43,368 bases of DNA, taken from contig JAADIO010000002.1 of the NCBI GenBank assembly GCA_013151235.1, forward strand, positions 62,001 to 105,368. The letters run 5' to 3'. This DNA is from Deltaproteobacteria bacterium. GTDB lineage: Bacteria > CG2-30-53-67. Position numbers and translations under genes: made by a program. This document shows, one piece after another, positions 31,962 to 42,043 of this stretch (within the stretch, counting starts at the first letter, position 1; every line of letters begins with the position of its first letter). The notes under the pieces were generated by a model that was given only the letters and a program-made list of their open reading frames with translations, searched no databases and had not been told where the DNA came from.

Positions 31962-32990
31962 ATGGGCAAGGCCTGTATCCTCGACAAGAACCATCTCCCC
32001 TACTGGCTGCGGCAGATCCGTAAGGAGCGGAGACTAATCGCTCCCATGGTTACGATTGCGGGGGATCCGGTCTATAAGGAGGTCGGCAATATTCACGAGA
32101 TCCAGCTTGATGGTCCGGCGTGCCTCCCCTCGGTCAAGGAATTCTTCTTCCCGCAGACGGAGGTAATGTTCCGGTGCCGGGAAGGAAAGGTCCGGGAAGA
32201 GGTCCTCGGAGTCCCCACGGTCATCTTCGGACTCCGTTCCTGCGATGTCGCGGCATTGCACAGAGTCGATCGGTTCATGGGTGGAGATTTTCACGATCCC
32301 TACTATGAAAGAAAACGGGAAAATACGATTCTTGTCTCCGTCGGTTGCAACCGGCCCGATCCGACCTGCTTCTGCATGAACCTCGGCACAGGCCCTTTCC
32401 TGCATGAGGGATACGATATCCAGTTGACCGATCTCGGATCCCGCTATTTTGTGGAGACCGCATCCGGCCGCGCCGCAAAATTGCTCCGGAAGTTTCGATA
32501 CCTCTTCAGGAACCCCTCAAAAACAGATTATGAAGATCAATATGAAGCAATCCACCTCTCCAGGACCTGTTTTGAAAAACGGATGAACCTGGAGGGGGCC
32601 CGGAAGGCCATGGCCGCGGGGGAGGTGCCCGAGGCGTTCTGGCAGTCAGTCACGAAACGGTGTTTCGAATGCGGCGGCTGTGTCTATGTCTGCCCGGTCT
32701 GTACCTGCTTCAACGTCCTCGACCGGAAGGAGGGCGGTACCGTCGAGCGGTGCAGAGTCTGGGACACCTGTCTCTTCAAGGGATTTACGAGAATGGCCGG
32801 AGGGGTCCTGCCGAACCGGGAACGGGTGAAGAGGACAAAACGGTGGTATGAGCATAAGATTCTGCATGCACCGGAGCAGATCGGGGCCTTCGGCTGCGTG
32901 GGATGCGGTCGGTGTACCCTTGCCTGCCCCGGCGTGATCGATATGGCGACGGTGGGGATGCAACTGACCAAAGGGGTGGAGCAGCCGTGA
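31962..32990 (+). CDS. 4Fe-4S dicluster protein, AsrA/sulfhydrogenase-beta-like
   Basis: SVKEFFFP, FGLRSCD, DPYY..KR, TCFC, CFECGGCVYVCPVCTCF, CVGCGRCTLACP. Confidence 0.85.
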   Translation: MGKACILDKNHLPYWLRQIRKERRLIAPMVTIAGDPVYKEVGNIHEIQLDGPACLPSVKEFFFPQTEVMFRCREGKVREEVLGVPTVIFGLRSCDVAALHRVDRFMGGDFHDPYYERKRENTILVSVGCNRPDPTCFCMNLGTGPFLHEGYDIQLTDLGSRYFVETASGRAAKLLRKFRYLFRNPSKTDYEDQYEAIHLSRTCFEKRMNLEGARKAMAAGEVPEAFWQSVTKRCFECGGCVYVCPVCTCFNVLDRKEGGTVERCRVWDTCLFKGFTRMAGGVLPNRERVKRTKRWYEHKILHAPEQIGAFGCVGCGRCTLACPGVIDMATVGMQLTKGVEQP

Positions 32991-33820
32991 AGTCTCATAA
33001 CATCTACACCCCCTTTTCTGCTGAAATCCGGTCGATTGTGAAGGAGACGGCCGATGTCCATCTTTACCGGTTCTCCCTGCCGGAGGGGACGGTCTGCCCG
33101 CCGGGCCGGTTCTTCATGGTCTCTCTCTGGGGAGCGGGGGAGGTCCCGATTTCCATCGCTTCCCATTCCGAAGCAGGTGAGTGGCTGGAGCTGTGCATCC
33201 GGAGGACCGGCCATGTCACCTCCGCGATAGACCATCTGCAGGAAGGGGATCAACTCTGGTTGCGGGGGCCCTACGGGAACGGCTTTCCCCTTGAGATCGC
33301 CGAGGGGGCCGAGATCGTAATTGTTGCAGGGGGGATCGGCATGGCGCCGCTCCGGCCCCTCCTCTACGAATTCACGGTTCCGGGAAAAGGATACGGCGGG
33401 GTGACGCTGATCTACGGTTCCCGGACACCGGAGGAGATTCTTTTCAAAGAAGAGATCGAAAACTATACCGCGCGGGGAATCAACGTGAAGTTGTGCGTCG
33501 ACCGGGGTGACGGCAGCTGGAGCGGCCATGTCGGGCTGGTCACCGATCTGCTCGGCGACATCCGGAGCGACATGCAATCCACCGTAGCCTATCTCTGCGG
33601 ACCCGGGATCATGATCCAAAATGTCACCCGTGACCTGCACCGCATGGGGATACCGCACGACCGGATCATTACCACCCTGGAGGCCCACATGAAATGCGGT
33701 GTCGGCAAGTGCGGCCACTGCTATGCGGGCGGCAAATATATCTGCACCGACGGTCCCGTATTTACCTACCGGGAAATCATTGAAAACCGAATCACCGGGG
33801 ATACCAGGAGATCAGGTTGA
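32987..33820 (+). CDS. FAD/NAD(P)-binding oxidoreductase, AsrB/sulfhydrogenase-gamma-like
   Basis: GEVPISI, LRGPYGNGFP, VAGGIGMAPLRP, LCGP, MKCGVGKCGHC..CTDGPVF; GTG start overlaps the upstream TGA. Confidence 0.87.
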   Translation: MKSHNIYTPFSAEIRSIVKETADVHLYRFSLPEGTVCPPGRFFMVSLWGAGEVPISIASHSEAGEWLELCIRRTGHVTSAIDHLQEGDQLWLRGPYGNGFPLEIAEGAEIVIVAGGIGMAPLRPLLYEFTVPGKGYGGVTLIYGSRTPEEILFKEEIENYTARGINVKLCVDRGDGSWSGHVGLVTDLLGDIRSDMQSTVAYLCGPGIMIQNVTRDLHRMGIPHDRIITTLEAHMKCGVGKCGHCYAGGKYICTDGPVFTYREIIENRITGDTRRSG

Positions 33821-36317
33821 GCTCCAGGGGGACCTGTGCCTCCGGATGATAGGGAAGCAGGCGCGGTGTGAAATCCCCGGCCGGACGTGATGTCCTGATC
33901 CGGCAGGTATACCGCTCCCAGCTTGGAGTACCGGGAGCCGGGGCCTCGTGGTTCATTTCCTGCCGTACCGCTTTTTCGGAATTCGCGGATTCCGCGTAGA
34001 GTTGTACCTGCACAAAGTCCGCAGGAATCCCGCCGATTTCCAGCAGGACCTCGAAGGACCAGCCGTCCGGTTCCTGCCGTGCGTTGAACTTCCCCCATGA
34101 AATTCTGTTCCAGAACCGGGTCAGGGTCTCTTCCCAGTTCCGGAGTTCTTTCGCCAGGCTTCCCCGGTTCTCCATTCTCTGTTGAAAGGCCGCGGCCGCA
34201 GGGAGATAGATCTTTTCAGCATATTCCCGGACCATCCGGTTACTGCTGAAACGAGGAGTGAGGTGGGCCATGCTGGCCCGTATTCGGCGGATCCAGGCTT
34301 CCGGGAGATCATTCCCGTTCCGGTTGTAGAACTCAGGTATGACCTCTTCTTCGAGGAGGTGGTAGAGCTGTTCGGCTTCAAGACGGTCCCACTCCCCTGC
34401 AGGGTGTTCCCGGCCGTCTCCCAGCGCCCACCCCACTTCGGGGGAGTAGGCCTCTGCCCACCAGCCGTCGAGGGACGACAGGTTGAGTCCGCCGTTGACC
34501 AGGACCTTCATGCCGCTCGTCCCCGAGGCTTCCCAGGGGCGCCGCGGATTGTTGATCCAGACATCGACTCCCTGGACCATTTCCAGGGCCAGGTCCATGT
34601 CGTAATCTTCAAGAAAAACCACACGACGGTGTACCTCGGGCCGTTCCGCGAACCGGGTCCATTGCCGCACAAGTTCTTTGCCGGTTTCATCCTGCGGGTG
34701 GGCCTTGCCGGCCACGATGATTTGCACGGGCCGTGCAGAATCGCGGAGCAGACGAATCAGGCGTTCCGGATCCATCAGCAGGAGATTCGGACGTTTGTAC
34801 TCGGCGAAACGGCGGGCAAATCCGAGGGTCAGTGCGTCCGGATTGAGGACCTTCTCCGCCTCGGCCACCCGGTTCGGTGGAAGTCCCTGCTGTCCGAGGT
34901 GCCGGGCAAGGCGCCTGCGGGCGTAGCGGACAAGATCCGCCCGTTCCGCGCGGCGGCAGGACCAGAGATCCTCATCACTCATCTTGCTCAGGATCGCTCC
35001 GGTCAGGGTTTTTAGTGTCCCCTTCCACCGGTCTTTGCCGCAGACCTGTGTCCAGGCCTCATCCGCCCAGGGAGAGTCCCAGGAGGGAACATGGACCCCG
35101 TTGGTAATGTGCGTGACCGGCACTTCCTGCTCCGGCCATCGGGGAAAAAGATCCTGAAAAATTCGTCGGCTGACCTTCCCGTGCAGGCGGCTGACCCCGT
35201 TGATGGTGCCGCAGGTGCGGAGCGCCAGGTAGGCCATATTAAACGGTTCCTTGCTGTCATCGGGATCCCGGCGTCCGAGGGCGGCCAGTTCATGAGGAGA
35301 AACGCCTAAGCTTGCGGCATAATCCCGGCCATATTTTTCCAGGAGATCCCGGGAAAAGAGATCGAAACCGGCGGTCACCGGCGTGTGCGTGGTAAAGATA
35401 TTTCCGGGACGGCTTGTCCGGAGGGCGTCCCGGAAGTCGAGGTCTTCTTTTTCCATGAGATGCCGGGCCCGTTCCAGCGTCACGAAAGCCGCGTGCCCTT
35501 CGTTGAGATGGCAGACCTCGATGGGAAGACCGAGCGCCTCTATCAGCCGCCAGCCGCAAATCCCCAGGGCGATCTCCTGGGCCAGGCGCATCTCGTGCCC
35601 GCCGCCGTAGAGCTTGCCGGTAATCCCCCGGTCCATCGGGCTGTTCAATGGGTCGTTGCTGTCGAGCAGGTAGAGCAGGACCCGGCCGACCTGTGCCTTC
35701 CAGACGCGAAAACGGACGGTTCGTCCGGGGAAGTCGTAAGCGACGTGCAGCCAGGAGCCGTTTCCCGCGATGACCGGTGTAATAGGGAGGCTCGCCGGAT
35801 CATTATAGGGATAGATCTCCTGCTGGCGGCCACCGGCATCGACGACCTGCCGGAAATAGCCTTCCTGATAGAGCAGGCCCACACCGGCCACCGGCACGCC
35901 GAGGTCGCTTGCCCCCTTGAGATAGTCCCCCGCCAGGATCCCCAGGCCCCCGGCATAGATGGGAAGGGCCTCGCTGAGGCCGAACTCCATGCTGAAGTAG
36001 GCGATCGTGGGCAAAGGGGTCTCCCCGAAGATTCCATGGCTCCAGCAGGAACAGCCGAGATATGCCGTACGGGCTTCGGCCAGACGTTCCAGTTCTTTCC
36101 TGAATTTCCCATCCCCCGCCAGCTCCTCCAGCCGCTCCCTGGAAAGGTTCTGCAGGACCACGTAAGGGTTGCGGGTTCGCTCCCAGGTCTCCGGGTCCAC
36201 GTCATTCCAGAAGGTGTCCCCGTCATGGCTCCACATCCAGCGCAGATCGGTTACCAGGTCTGCACAGGGTTCCAGCCCGGGGGGAAGTTTTCTCGGGAAA
36301 AAGGGTGCGGTCTCCAT
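33792..36317 (-). CDS. glgP: Alpha-glucan (glycogen) phosphorylase
   Basis: YFSMEFGL, YAGGLGILAGD, HLNEGH, FTTHTPV, ITNGVH, FARRFAEYKR, EASGTSGMK. Confidence 0.95.
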   Translation of the reverse strand: METAPFFPRKLPPGLEPCADLVTDLRWMWSHDGDTFWNDVDPETWERTRNPYVVLQNLSRERLEELAGDGKFRKELERLAEARTAYLGCSCWSHGIFGETPLPTIAYFSMEFGLSEALPIYAGGLGILAGDYLKGASDLGVPVAGVGLLYQEGYFRQVVDAGGRQQEIYPYNDPASLPITPVIAGNGSWLHVAYDFPGRTVRFRVWKAQVGRVLLYLLDSNDPLNSPMDRGITGKLYGGGHEMRLAQEIALGICGWRLIEALGLPIEVCHLNEGHAAFVTLERARHLMEKEDLDFRDALRTSRPGNIFTTHTPVTAGFDLFSRDLLEKYGRDYAASLGVSPHELAALGRRDPDDSKEPFNMAYLALRTCGTINGVSRLHGKVSRRIFQDLFPRWPEQEVPVTHITNGVHVPSWDSPWADEAWTQVCGKDRWKGTLKTLTGAILSKMSDEDLWSCRRAERADLVRYARRRLARHLGQQGLPPNRVAEAEKVLNPDALTLGFARRFAEYKRPNLLLMDPERLIRLLRDSARPVQIIVAGKAHPQDETGKELVRQWTRFAERPEVHRRVVFLEDYDMDLALEMVQGVDVWINNPRRPWEASGTSGMKVLVNGGLNLSSLDGWWAEAYSPEVGWALGDGREHPAGEWDRLEAEQLYHLLEEEVIPEFYNRNGNDLPEAWIRRIRASMAHLTPRFSSNRMVREYAEKIYLPAAAAFQQRMENRGSLAKELRNWEETLTRFWNRISWGKFNARQEPDGWSFEVLLEIGGIPADFVQVQLYAESANSEKAVRQEMNHEAPAPGTPSWERYTCRIRTSRPAGDFTPRLLPYHPEAQVPLELNLISWYPR

Positions 36318-36355
36318 GGCTTTGCTCCTTGTGCATGTTTTTCGCTTCTGATTTG

Positions 36356-36447
36356 CTTTGCGTCCTTGGCGTCCTTCGCGAGAGGCCGCTTTCAGATTTT
36401 GCTTTTTGATCTTGTCTTACCCTTTGTGCCTGTGTGCCTCTGCCCCT
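36356..36447. repeat. Two short imperfect tandem repeats in the xfp-glgP spacer
   Basis: 9-mers CTTTGCGTC/CTTGGCGTC/CTTCGCGAG (36356-36382) and 8-mers CTTTGTGC/CTGTGTGC/CTCTGCCC (36422-36445). Confidence 0.55.
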
Positions 36448-36453
36448 CGCTTC

Positions 36454-38817
36454 TCAACTGTCCCCCTTCCATCGCCACTCGATAATTTCAGGCATGTCTT
36501 CACCGTACCGCCGGATGTATTCCTTGTGTTCGATCAGCCGGTCCCGCACGAACTGTTTGGTATAGGCTGCGACGGCATCGAGTTTCGGCACACGGTCGAT
36601 CACGTCCGCCATCAGGTGGAACCGGTCCAGATCGTTGCGGACGGCCATGTCGAAGGGGGTGGTCGTGGTTCCCTCTTCCTTGTAACCCCGTACGTGCAGG
36701 TTTCCGTGGTTGGTCCGCCGGTAGGTCAGGCGGTGAATCAGCCAGGGATAGCCGTGGAAGGCGAAGATGATCGGCTTGTCCCGGGTGAAGAGGGCATCGA
36801 AATCCCTGTTGGAAAGCCCGTGAGGATGTTCTTCCTTCGGCTCGAGGGTCATGAGATCCACCACATTGATCACACGGATTTTAAGATCCGGCACATGTTC
36901 ACGGAGAAGATCCACGGCCGCGAGGGTCTCCAACGTCGGAACATCCCCGGCGCAGGCCATGACCACATCGGGATCGGCACCGAGATCGCTGCTTGCCCAC
37001 TCCCAGATCCCGATCCCCGAGGAGCAGTGCTTGACGGCCGCATCCATATCGAGGTATTGGAGGGAGGGCTGTTTCCCGGCCACGATGACGTTCACGTAGT
37101 TCCGGCTCCGCAGGCAGTGATCGGTGACCGAGAGGAGGGTATTGGCATCGGGGGGGAAGTAGACCCGGACGATGCCGGCCTTCTTGTTGACCACGTGATC
37201 GATGAAGCCGGGGTCCTGGTGGGAAAAGCCGTTATGGTCCTGGCGCCAGACATGGGAGGTAAGCAGGTAGTTGAGGGAGGCAATGGGGCGACGCCAGGGG
37301 ATTTCCGTCTCCGTGACCTTGAGCCATTTGGCGTGCTGGTTGAACATCGAATCGATAATATGGATGAAGGCCTCGTAGCAGGAGAAGAAACCGTGCCGTC
37401 CGGTCAGGAGATACCCCTCCAGCCAGCCCTGGCAGGTATGCTCGCTCAGGATTTCCATGACACGGCCGTCCGGCGCAAGATGGTCATCCTCGGGAATCTT
37501 CGGGTCCATCCAGGTCCGGTCCGTCACTTCAAACAGGGCGCTCAGGCGGTTCGAGGCGGTCTCGTCCGGACCGAAGACACGGAAATTGTGCATATTGCTT
37601 TTCATCACATCCCGCAGGAAGCGGCCCATCACCCGGGTCGCCTCGGCGGTCACCCGGCCCGGCTCCGCGACTTCGACGGCATACTCCTCAAAGTCCGGCA
37701 GTTTGAGATCGCGGAGCAGGATCCCCCCGTTGGCATGGAGATTGGCCCCCATCCGGCGCTCCCCCTTCGGGGCAAGTTCGGCCAATTCGGGACGCAGGGT
37801 GCCCTTCTCATCAAAGAGTTCTTCCGGCCGGTAGCTCTTCATCCATGTTTCGAGCAGCGTGACATGTTCGGGCTTGGTCGCCATCTCGGCAAAGGGGACC
37901 TGGTGCGACCGCCAGAACCCCTCGGTCTTGAGCCCATCGACCTCTTGGGGGCCGGTCCACCCCTTGGGGGTCCGCAGGATGATCATCGGCCAGCGGGGCC
38001 GGCCGGCCAGGCCGTGGGTCCGGGCCTCGTCCTGTATGGTTTTGATCTCGTCGAACACCGTCTCCAGGGTTTCGGCCATGACCCGGTGCATTGACTCGGG
38101 TTCCTCTCCTTCCACGAAGAAGGGATTGTAACCGTAGCCGACAAAGAGGTCCTTCAACTCCTCATGAGGGATGCGGGAAAGGACCGTGGGATTGGCGATC
38201 TTGTAGCCGTTTAAGTGCAGAATGGGCAGTACCGCGCCGTCACGAACCGGATTGAGAAATTTGTTCGAGTGCCAGGCCGTGGCAAGAGGTCCGGTTTCAG
38301 CCTCCCCGTCTCCCACCACGCAGGCGGCAACCAGATCGGGATTGTCAAAGACGGCGCCGAAGGCGTGTGCGACCGAGTAACCGAGTTCCCCCCCCTCGTG
38401 AATGGAGCCGGGGGTCTCCGGGGCGACATGACTCGGAATCCCGCCGGGGAAAGAGAATTGCCGGAAGAGCTTCTTCATTCCTTCCGCATCCCGTGAGATG
38501 TTCGGATAGAACTCGCTGTAGGTCCCCTCCAGGTAGGTATTCGCCACCAGGCCCGGACCGCCGTGGCCGGGGCCGGCGATATAGATCATGTTGAGATCCC
38601 GTTCACGGATCATCCGGTTGAGATGAACGTAGATAAAATTCAGCCCCGGCGTGGTCCCCCAGTGCCCCAGGAGTCTGCGCTTGATGTGCGGAAGCGACAG
38701 GGATTCCCTGAGCAGCGGATTGTCATAGAGATAGATCTGGCCGATCGAAAGATAGTTGGCCGCCCGCCAGTAGGCGTCCATCTTCTTGAGTTCCTCCTGT
38801 GACAACGATTGATTCAT
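36454..38817 (-). CDS. xfp: Phosphoketolase (Xfp family)
   Basis: [72 protein letters not shown]. Confidence 0.96.
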   Translation of the reverse strand: MNQSLSQEELKKMDAYWRAANYLSIGQIYLYDNPLLRESLSLPHIKRRLLGHWGTTPGLNFIYVHLNRMIRERDLNMIYIAGPGHGGPGLVANTYLEGTYSEFYPNISRDAEGMKKLFRQFSFPGGIPSHVAPETPGSIHEGGELGYSVAHAFGAVFDNPDLVAACVVGDGEAETGPLATAWHSNKFLNPVRDGAVLPILHLNGYKIANPTVLSRIPHEELKDLFVGYGYNPFFVEGEEPESMHRVMAETLETVFDEIKTIQDEARTHGLAGRPRWPMIILRTPKGWTGPQEVDGLKTEGFWRSHQVPFAEMATKPEHVTLLETWMKSYRPEELFDEKGTLRPELAELAPKGERRMGANLHANGGILLRDLKLPDFEEYAVEVAEPGRVTAEATRVMGRFLRDVMKSNMHNFRVFGPDETASNRLSALFEVTDRTWMDPKIPEDDHLAPDGRVMEILSEHTCQGWLEGYLLTGRHGFFSCYEAFIHIIDSMFNQHAKWLKVTETEIPWRRPIASLNYLLTSHVWRQDHNGFSHQDPGFIDHVVNKKAGIVRVYFPPDANTLLSVTDHCLRSRNYVNVIVAGKQPSLQYLDMDAAVKHCSSGIGIWEWASSDLGADPDVVMACAGDVPTLETLAAVDLLREHVPDLKIRVINVVDLMTLEPKEEHPHGLSNRDFDALFTRDKPIIFAFHGYPWLIHRLTYRRTNHGNLHVRGYKEEGTTTTPFDMAVRNDLDRFHLMADVIDRVPKLDAVAAYTKQFVRDRLIEHKEYIRRYGEDMPEIIEWRWKGDS

Positions 38818-38836
38818 GGCAGCCTCCACTGTGGTT

Positions 38837-40039
38837 TTATGGTGCTACATTACGGAGCAGGTAGGCCGTATGCCGGGCGATCATCAGCTCCTCATTCGTA
38901 TGGGTCACACGGACCGTAACCCGGGAACCGGACGCCGAGATGATCGGCGCATGGCTCCGGTTCCGCTCCGGATCAAGCGTGAGTTCCAGGAATTCCAGTC
39001 CGTCGCAGATGCGCCGCCGGATCTTTGCGGCATGCTCTCCGATCCCCCCGGTGAAGACAAGGGTGTCAAGCCCGCCCAGCGCTGCCGTCAGCCCTCCGAG
39101 AAACTTCCGGGCCTGGTAGCAGAAAAGGTCCACGGCATCTTTGGCCCGGGGATCTTTTTCTTCTTTTGCCAGCAATTCCTTCATATCGCCGGAAGTTCCC
39201 GAAACCCCGAGAAGGCCGGACCTGCGATTCACCAGCTCATTCAGCTCCCGGGGTGTCATTCGCTTCTGTTCCAGAAGGTAGAGAAGCAGGCCGGGATCGA
39301 GATCCCCGGATCGTGTGCTCATGACCAGTCCCCCGGCCGGGGTAAAGCCCATGGTCGTATCGAGGCACTGTCCTTTGTGCACGGCGGCCATGGAGGCGCC
39401 GTGTCCGAGGTGGGCGATGATGATGCGGCCGGCGGCCGCCTCCCGGCCCGCCTCCTGTTTCAGCACCTCCATGATATATTCGTAGGAAAGACCGTGAAAT
39501 CCGTATCGGAGGACTCCATTCCCGAACAAATCTCCCGGGAACGGGTATCGCTGGGCCACGGGGGGCATCCGGCGGTGAAACATCGTGTCGAAGCAGGCAA
39601 CCTGGGCCAGGGCGGGATAGTCCCGGCCGATCGTTTCGATGGCGGACAACTCGTGGGGGAGATGTTCCGGCACGAAGGGGGTCAGGCGTTTCAGCTCCGC
39701 GAGCAGCCCGGGGGTGATCCGTTCCGGCCGGCTGTGGCGAATGCCCCCGTGTACCACCCGGTGCCCCACCGCGTCCAGGTCCCGATCGAGGGCCTGCCCC
39801 CGCAGCCGGTCGAGGAGAAGCCGCATCGCCGTCCCGTGGTCGGGAAGGGAACGTTCCTCATGGATCCACGTTTCGCCCTCCCCGTTCCGGGCGGAAAAGA
39901 GACCCCCGTCCGGTCCGATTCCCTGCATCTCTCCCGTCAGGATTCGCTCCTCCTCTTTTTCCATTCGGTAGAGAGAGAACTTGATGCTGGAAGAGCCGCT
40001 GTTGATCGTCAGGATCTTTTTCCGGTGTTCATCTTCCAT
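38837..40039 (-). CDS. ackA: Acetate/propionate kinase
   Basis: [63 protein letters not shown]. Confidence 0.93.
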   Translation of the reverse strand: MEDEHRKKILTINSGSSSIKFSLYRMEKEEERILTGEMQGIGPDGGLFSARNGEGETWIHEERSLPDHGTAMRLLLDRLRGQALDRDLDAVGHRVVHGGIRHSRPERITPGLLAELKRLTPFVPEHLPHELSAIETIGRDYPALAQVACFDTMFHRRMPPVAQRYPFPGDLFGNGVLRYGFHGLSYEYIMEVLKQEAGREAAAGRIIIAHLGHGASMAAVHKGQCLDTTMGFTPAGGLVMSTRSGDLDPGLLLYLLEQKRMTPRELNELVNRRSGLLGVSGTSGDMKELLAKEEKDPRAKDAVDLFCYQARKFLGGLTAALGGLDTLVFTGGIGEHAAKIRRRICDGLEFLELTLDPERNRSHAPIISASGSRVTVRVTHTNEELMIARHTAYLLRNVAP

Positions 40040-40189
40040 GAAGATCCGTCACTCCAAGCCGGGGGTGGAGGAAACGCGCAACATTCATGCCATCCGAAAT
40101 TAGCAGAGAGATTTTGCAGAATCGTCATTTTCTCTTTCATAATTCCGGTGGAACAGTGCTTCATGGTTTATCCCCTTTCCCGGTTTCTG

Positions 40190-41467
40190 TCAAGCCGGCG
40201 GCGGCGGAGGGGTCAACAGGAAATAGGCGGGACGGTTCTTGAAGGGGGTATAGAGCGGGTCTCCGATCAGGACCATCCGCCAAGAGAGAAAAGGGTTGCT
40301 CAGTGCAAAAACCTCCACGAGGGTATAGCGCCCGGTCATGAGCAGGGGGAAGAAAATCGAGGGGGGTGGAAAGGCCGCGAGATAGGGCTCCGCCACCGGC
40401 CCCAGGGTTGCCGTCACCCCTTTTTCAATCATTCTTTTTACCCAGTAGTTCCCTTTCTTCCCGTGCAGGGATCTGCATTCGGCACTGGCCACATGGTACC
40501 CCACTGCGCCCCTGACCCATGTAAAGGCATCCCGGTATTCTGCAAGGCTGTACCATCCGCAATAGAGTGCCGCGTTGGGGCAGTCGCCCGGCCCGAAGAG
40601 TTCCGGCCGACTATCCAGAACCACGGGAAAGGCTGCCTTCCGGAGGATTTTTGCGGTTCTCCGGATATTCTCGTCATAATTCCCGTAAGCGCTCTTGCCG
40701 GATCTCAGTCCCCTGGCATCGAGGTATAATTTGCCGGAAAGCCCTCTCTTTTCCACCCGGATTGCCGTTTCAACCAGGCCGCGGGCCAGTGCGACCGTCG
40801 GGGCGTCTAATCGGCTCACCAGCAATACCGGTTTCTTCCTGCCGCCTTTTTCTCGATTTCCCAGGAAATCGGGATTGGGACGCGGCCCGGCAAGCGGATA
40901 GGGAACGGAAAGAAGAAGGGCAAGTTCGGAGTCCACCGACGCAACGGTATCCCTGCCGGAAAGATGATTGAGTTGTGCATTTACCCTGCGGATCTCCTCC
41001 TTCAATCTCCGCAGGCTCCCCTTTTTCCGATCCTTTTGAAGAACGGAGAACGCCTTCTTCTTTTTCCGGACGGATTTCCGTACCGCCCGGACCTCCCCGT
41101 CCGAAACCCCGGCGGGGCGTTGCGGGCCGATCCGGAGGGGGACGCCGTAGGTGGTCACGATACAGCGAATCTTCTCCCCCCGGGAGCGAAGCTTTCTCAC
41201 GATCTTTCTAAGGGGGGCAGCGATCAACCGCGCATAGTCACGCCGGGAGATCTGTTCTCCTTTCGGCATGTCAAGGGCGGAAAGATGTCCGGCGGGAATG
41301 TGCCTCCGGGCCATGTAGAATTTCCCCAGTCGCACCGATGCGGAGGTGCGGGAATTCACCAGGACCAGGATCTCTTCCGGGAGGAGAACGGCTTCCGCCG
41401 GTGTCGACAGAGGAACGACCACAGAAAAGAAGCAAAGCAACAGGAGTGAGAAGATTTGTGCAGGCAT
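40190..41467 (-). CDS. Exported TIGR03790-family-like protein
   Basis: Signal peptide, EEILVLVN, ASVDSELALL, VSRLD, LYCGWY, GAVGYHVAS, GPVAEPYL, SWRMVLIGDPLYTPF. Start at 41467 inferred from the signal peptide. Confidence 0.75.
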   Translation of the reverse strand: MPAQIFSLLLLCFFSVVVPLSTPAEAVLLPEEILVLVNSRTSASVRLGKFYMARRHIPAGHLSALDMPKGEQISRRDYARLIAAPLRKIVRKLRSRGEKIRCIVTTYGVPLRIGPQRPAGVSDGEVRAVRKSVRKKKKAFSVLQKDRKKGSLRRLKEEIRRVNAQLNHLSGRDTVASVDSELALLLSVPYPLAGPRPNPDFLGNREKGGRKKPVLLVSRLDAPTVALARGLVETAIRVEKRGLSGKLYLDARGLRSGKSAYGNYDENIRRTAKILRKAAFPVVLDSRPELFGPGDCPNAALYCGWYSLAEYRDAFTWVRGAVGYHVASAECRSLHGKKGNYWVKRMIEKGVTATLGPVAEPYLAAFPPPSIFFPLLMTGRYTLVEVFALSNPFLSWRMVLIGDPLYTPFKNRPAYFLLTPPPPPA

Positions 41468-41656
41468 GGTGATGAGATATTTTATACGCGTAACGCCCTC
41501 TCTATAAAATCTAATGAAGGTTTTTTCCCGATGGCTCCATCCATCCGTAGCCATCGGGTGCAAGGCCGGACTACATCCGTAAAATCAAGATACATTTTGT
41601 TTCGGGAATCCACAAGGGGGATTTTCAAATTTCGTGTCAATGGTATCGGAAAGTGC

Positions 41657-41694
41657 TTGACATTTATGATTATATGAGTATATGGTCATATAAT
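41657..41694 (+). promoter_or_regulatory. Promoter with overlapping ArsR-type operator
   Basis: TTGACA at 41657-41662, TATATG at 41679-41684; perfect inverted repeat ATTATATGA-N8-TCATATAAT at 41669-41694. Confidence 0.7.
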
Positions 41695-41716
41695 GTTAAT
41701 TAAAGAGAGGGTTCGC

Positions 41717-42043
41717 ATGAACGAGATCATGATCCGCCAAGCGGCGGTGTTAAAGGCGCTTGCTCAACCGACCCGGATGCAGATCCTGGAGCTGCTCCGT
41801 CAGGGGGAGCGCTGTGTCTGTGAGATTATCCCAGCGCTCCAGGAGGAGCAGTCCAATCTTTCCAAGCATCTTGCCTCGTTACGACACGCGGGGATTGTGA
41901 ATCTACGCAAGGAAGGCACCAGCAATTACTACAGTGTTCGTCACCCCGAGGTCTTCCGGATCCTCGATCTGGCCCGGAAGATCGTTGAAAATGAGGTCAA
42001 ACGATCCGCAAACATGTTGAAGGGATTAAAGGTCAAATCATGA
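41717..42043 (+). CDS. ArsR/SmtB family transcriptional repressor
   Basis: LKALAQPTRMQIL, GERCVCEI, QSNLSKHLASLRHAGIV..RKEG..YY. Confidence 0.93.
   Translation: MNEIMIRQAAVLKALAQPTRMQILELLRQGERCVCEIIPALQEEQSNLSKHLASLRHAGIVNLRKEGTSNYYSVRHPEVFRILDLARKIVENEVKRSANMLKGLKVKS

Noticed and set aside
36358-40729. Long plus-strand ORFs (578 aa and 637 aa)
   Set aside because: They are antisense shadows of xfp, ackA and the TIGR03790-like gene in high-GC DNA, with no recognisable motifs.
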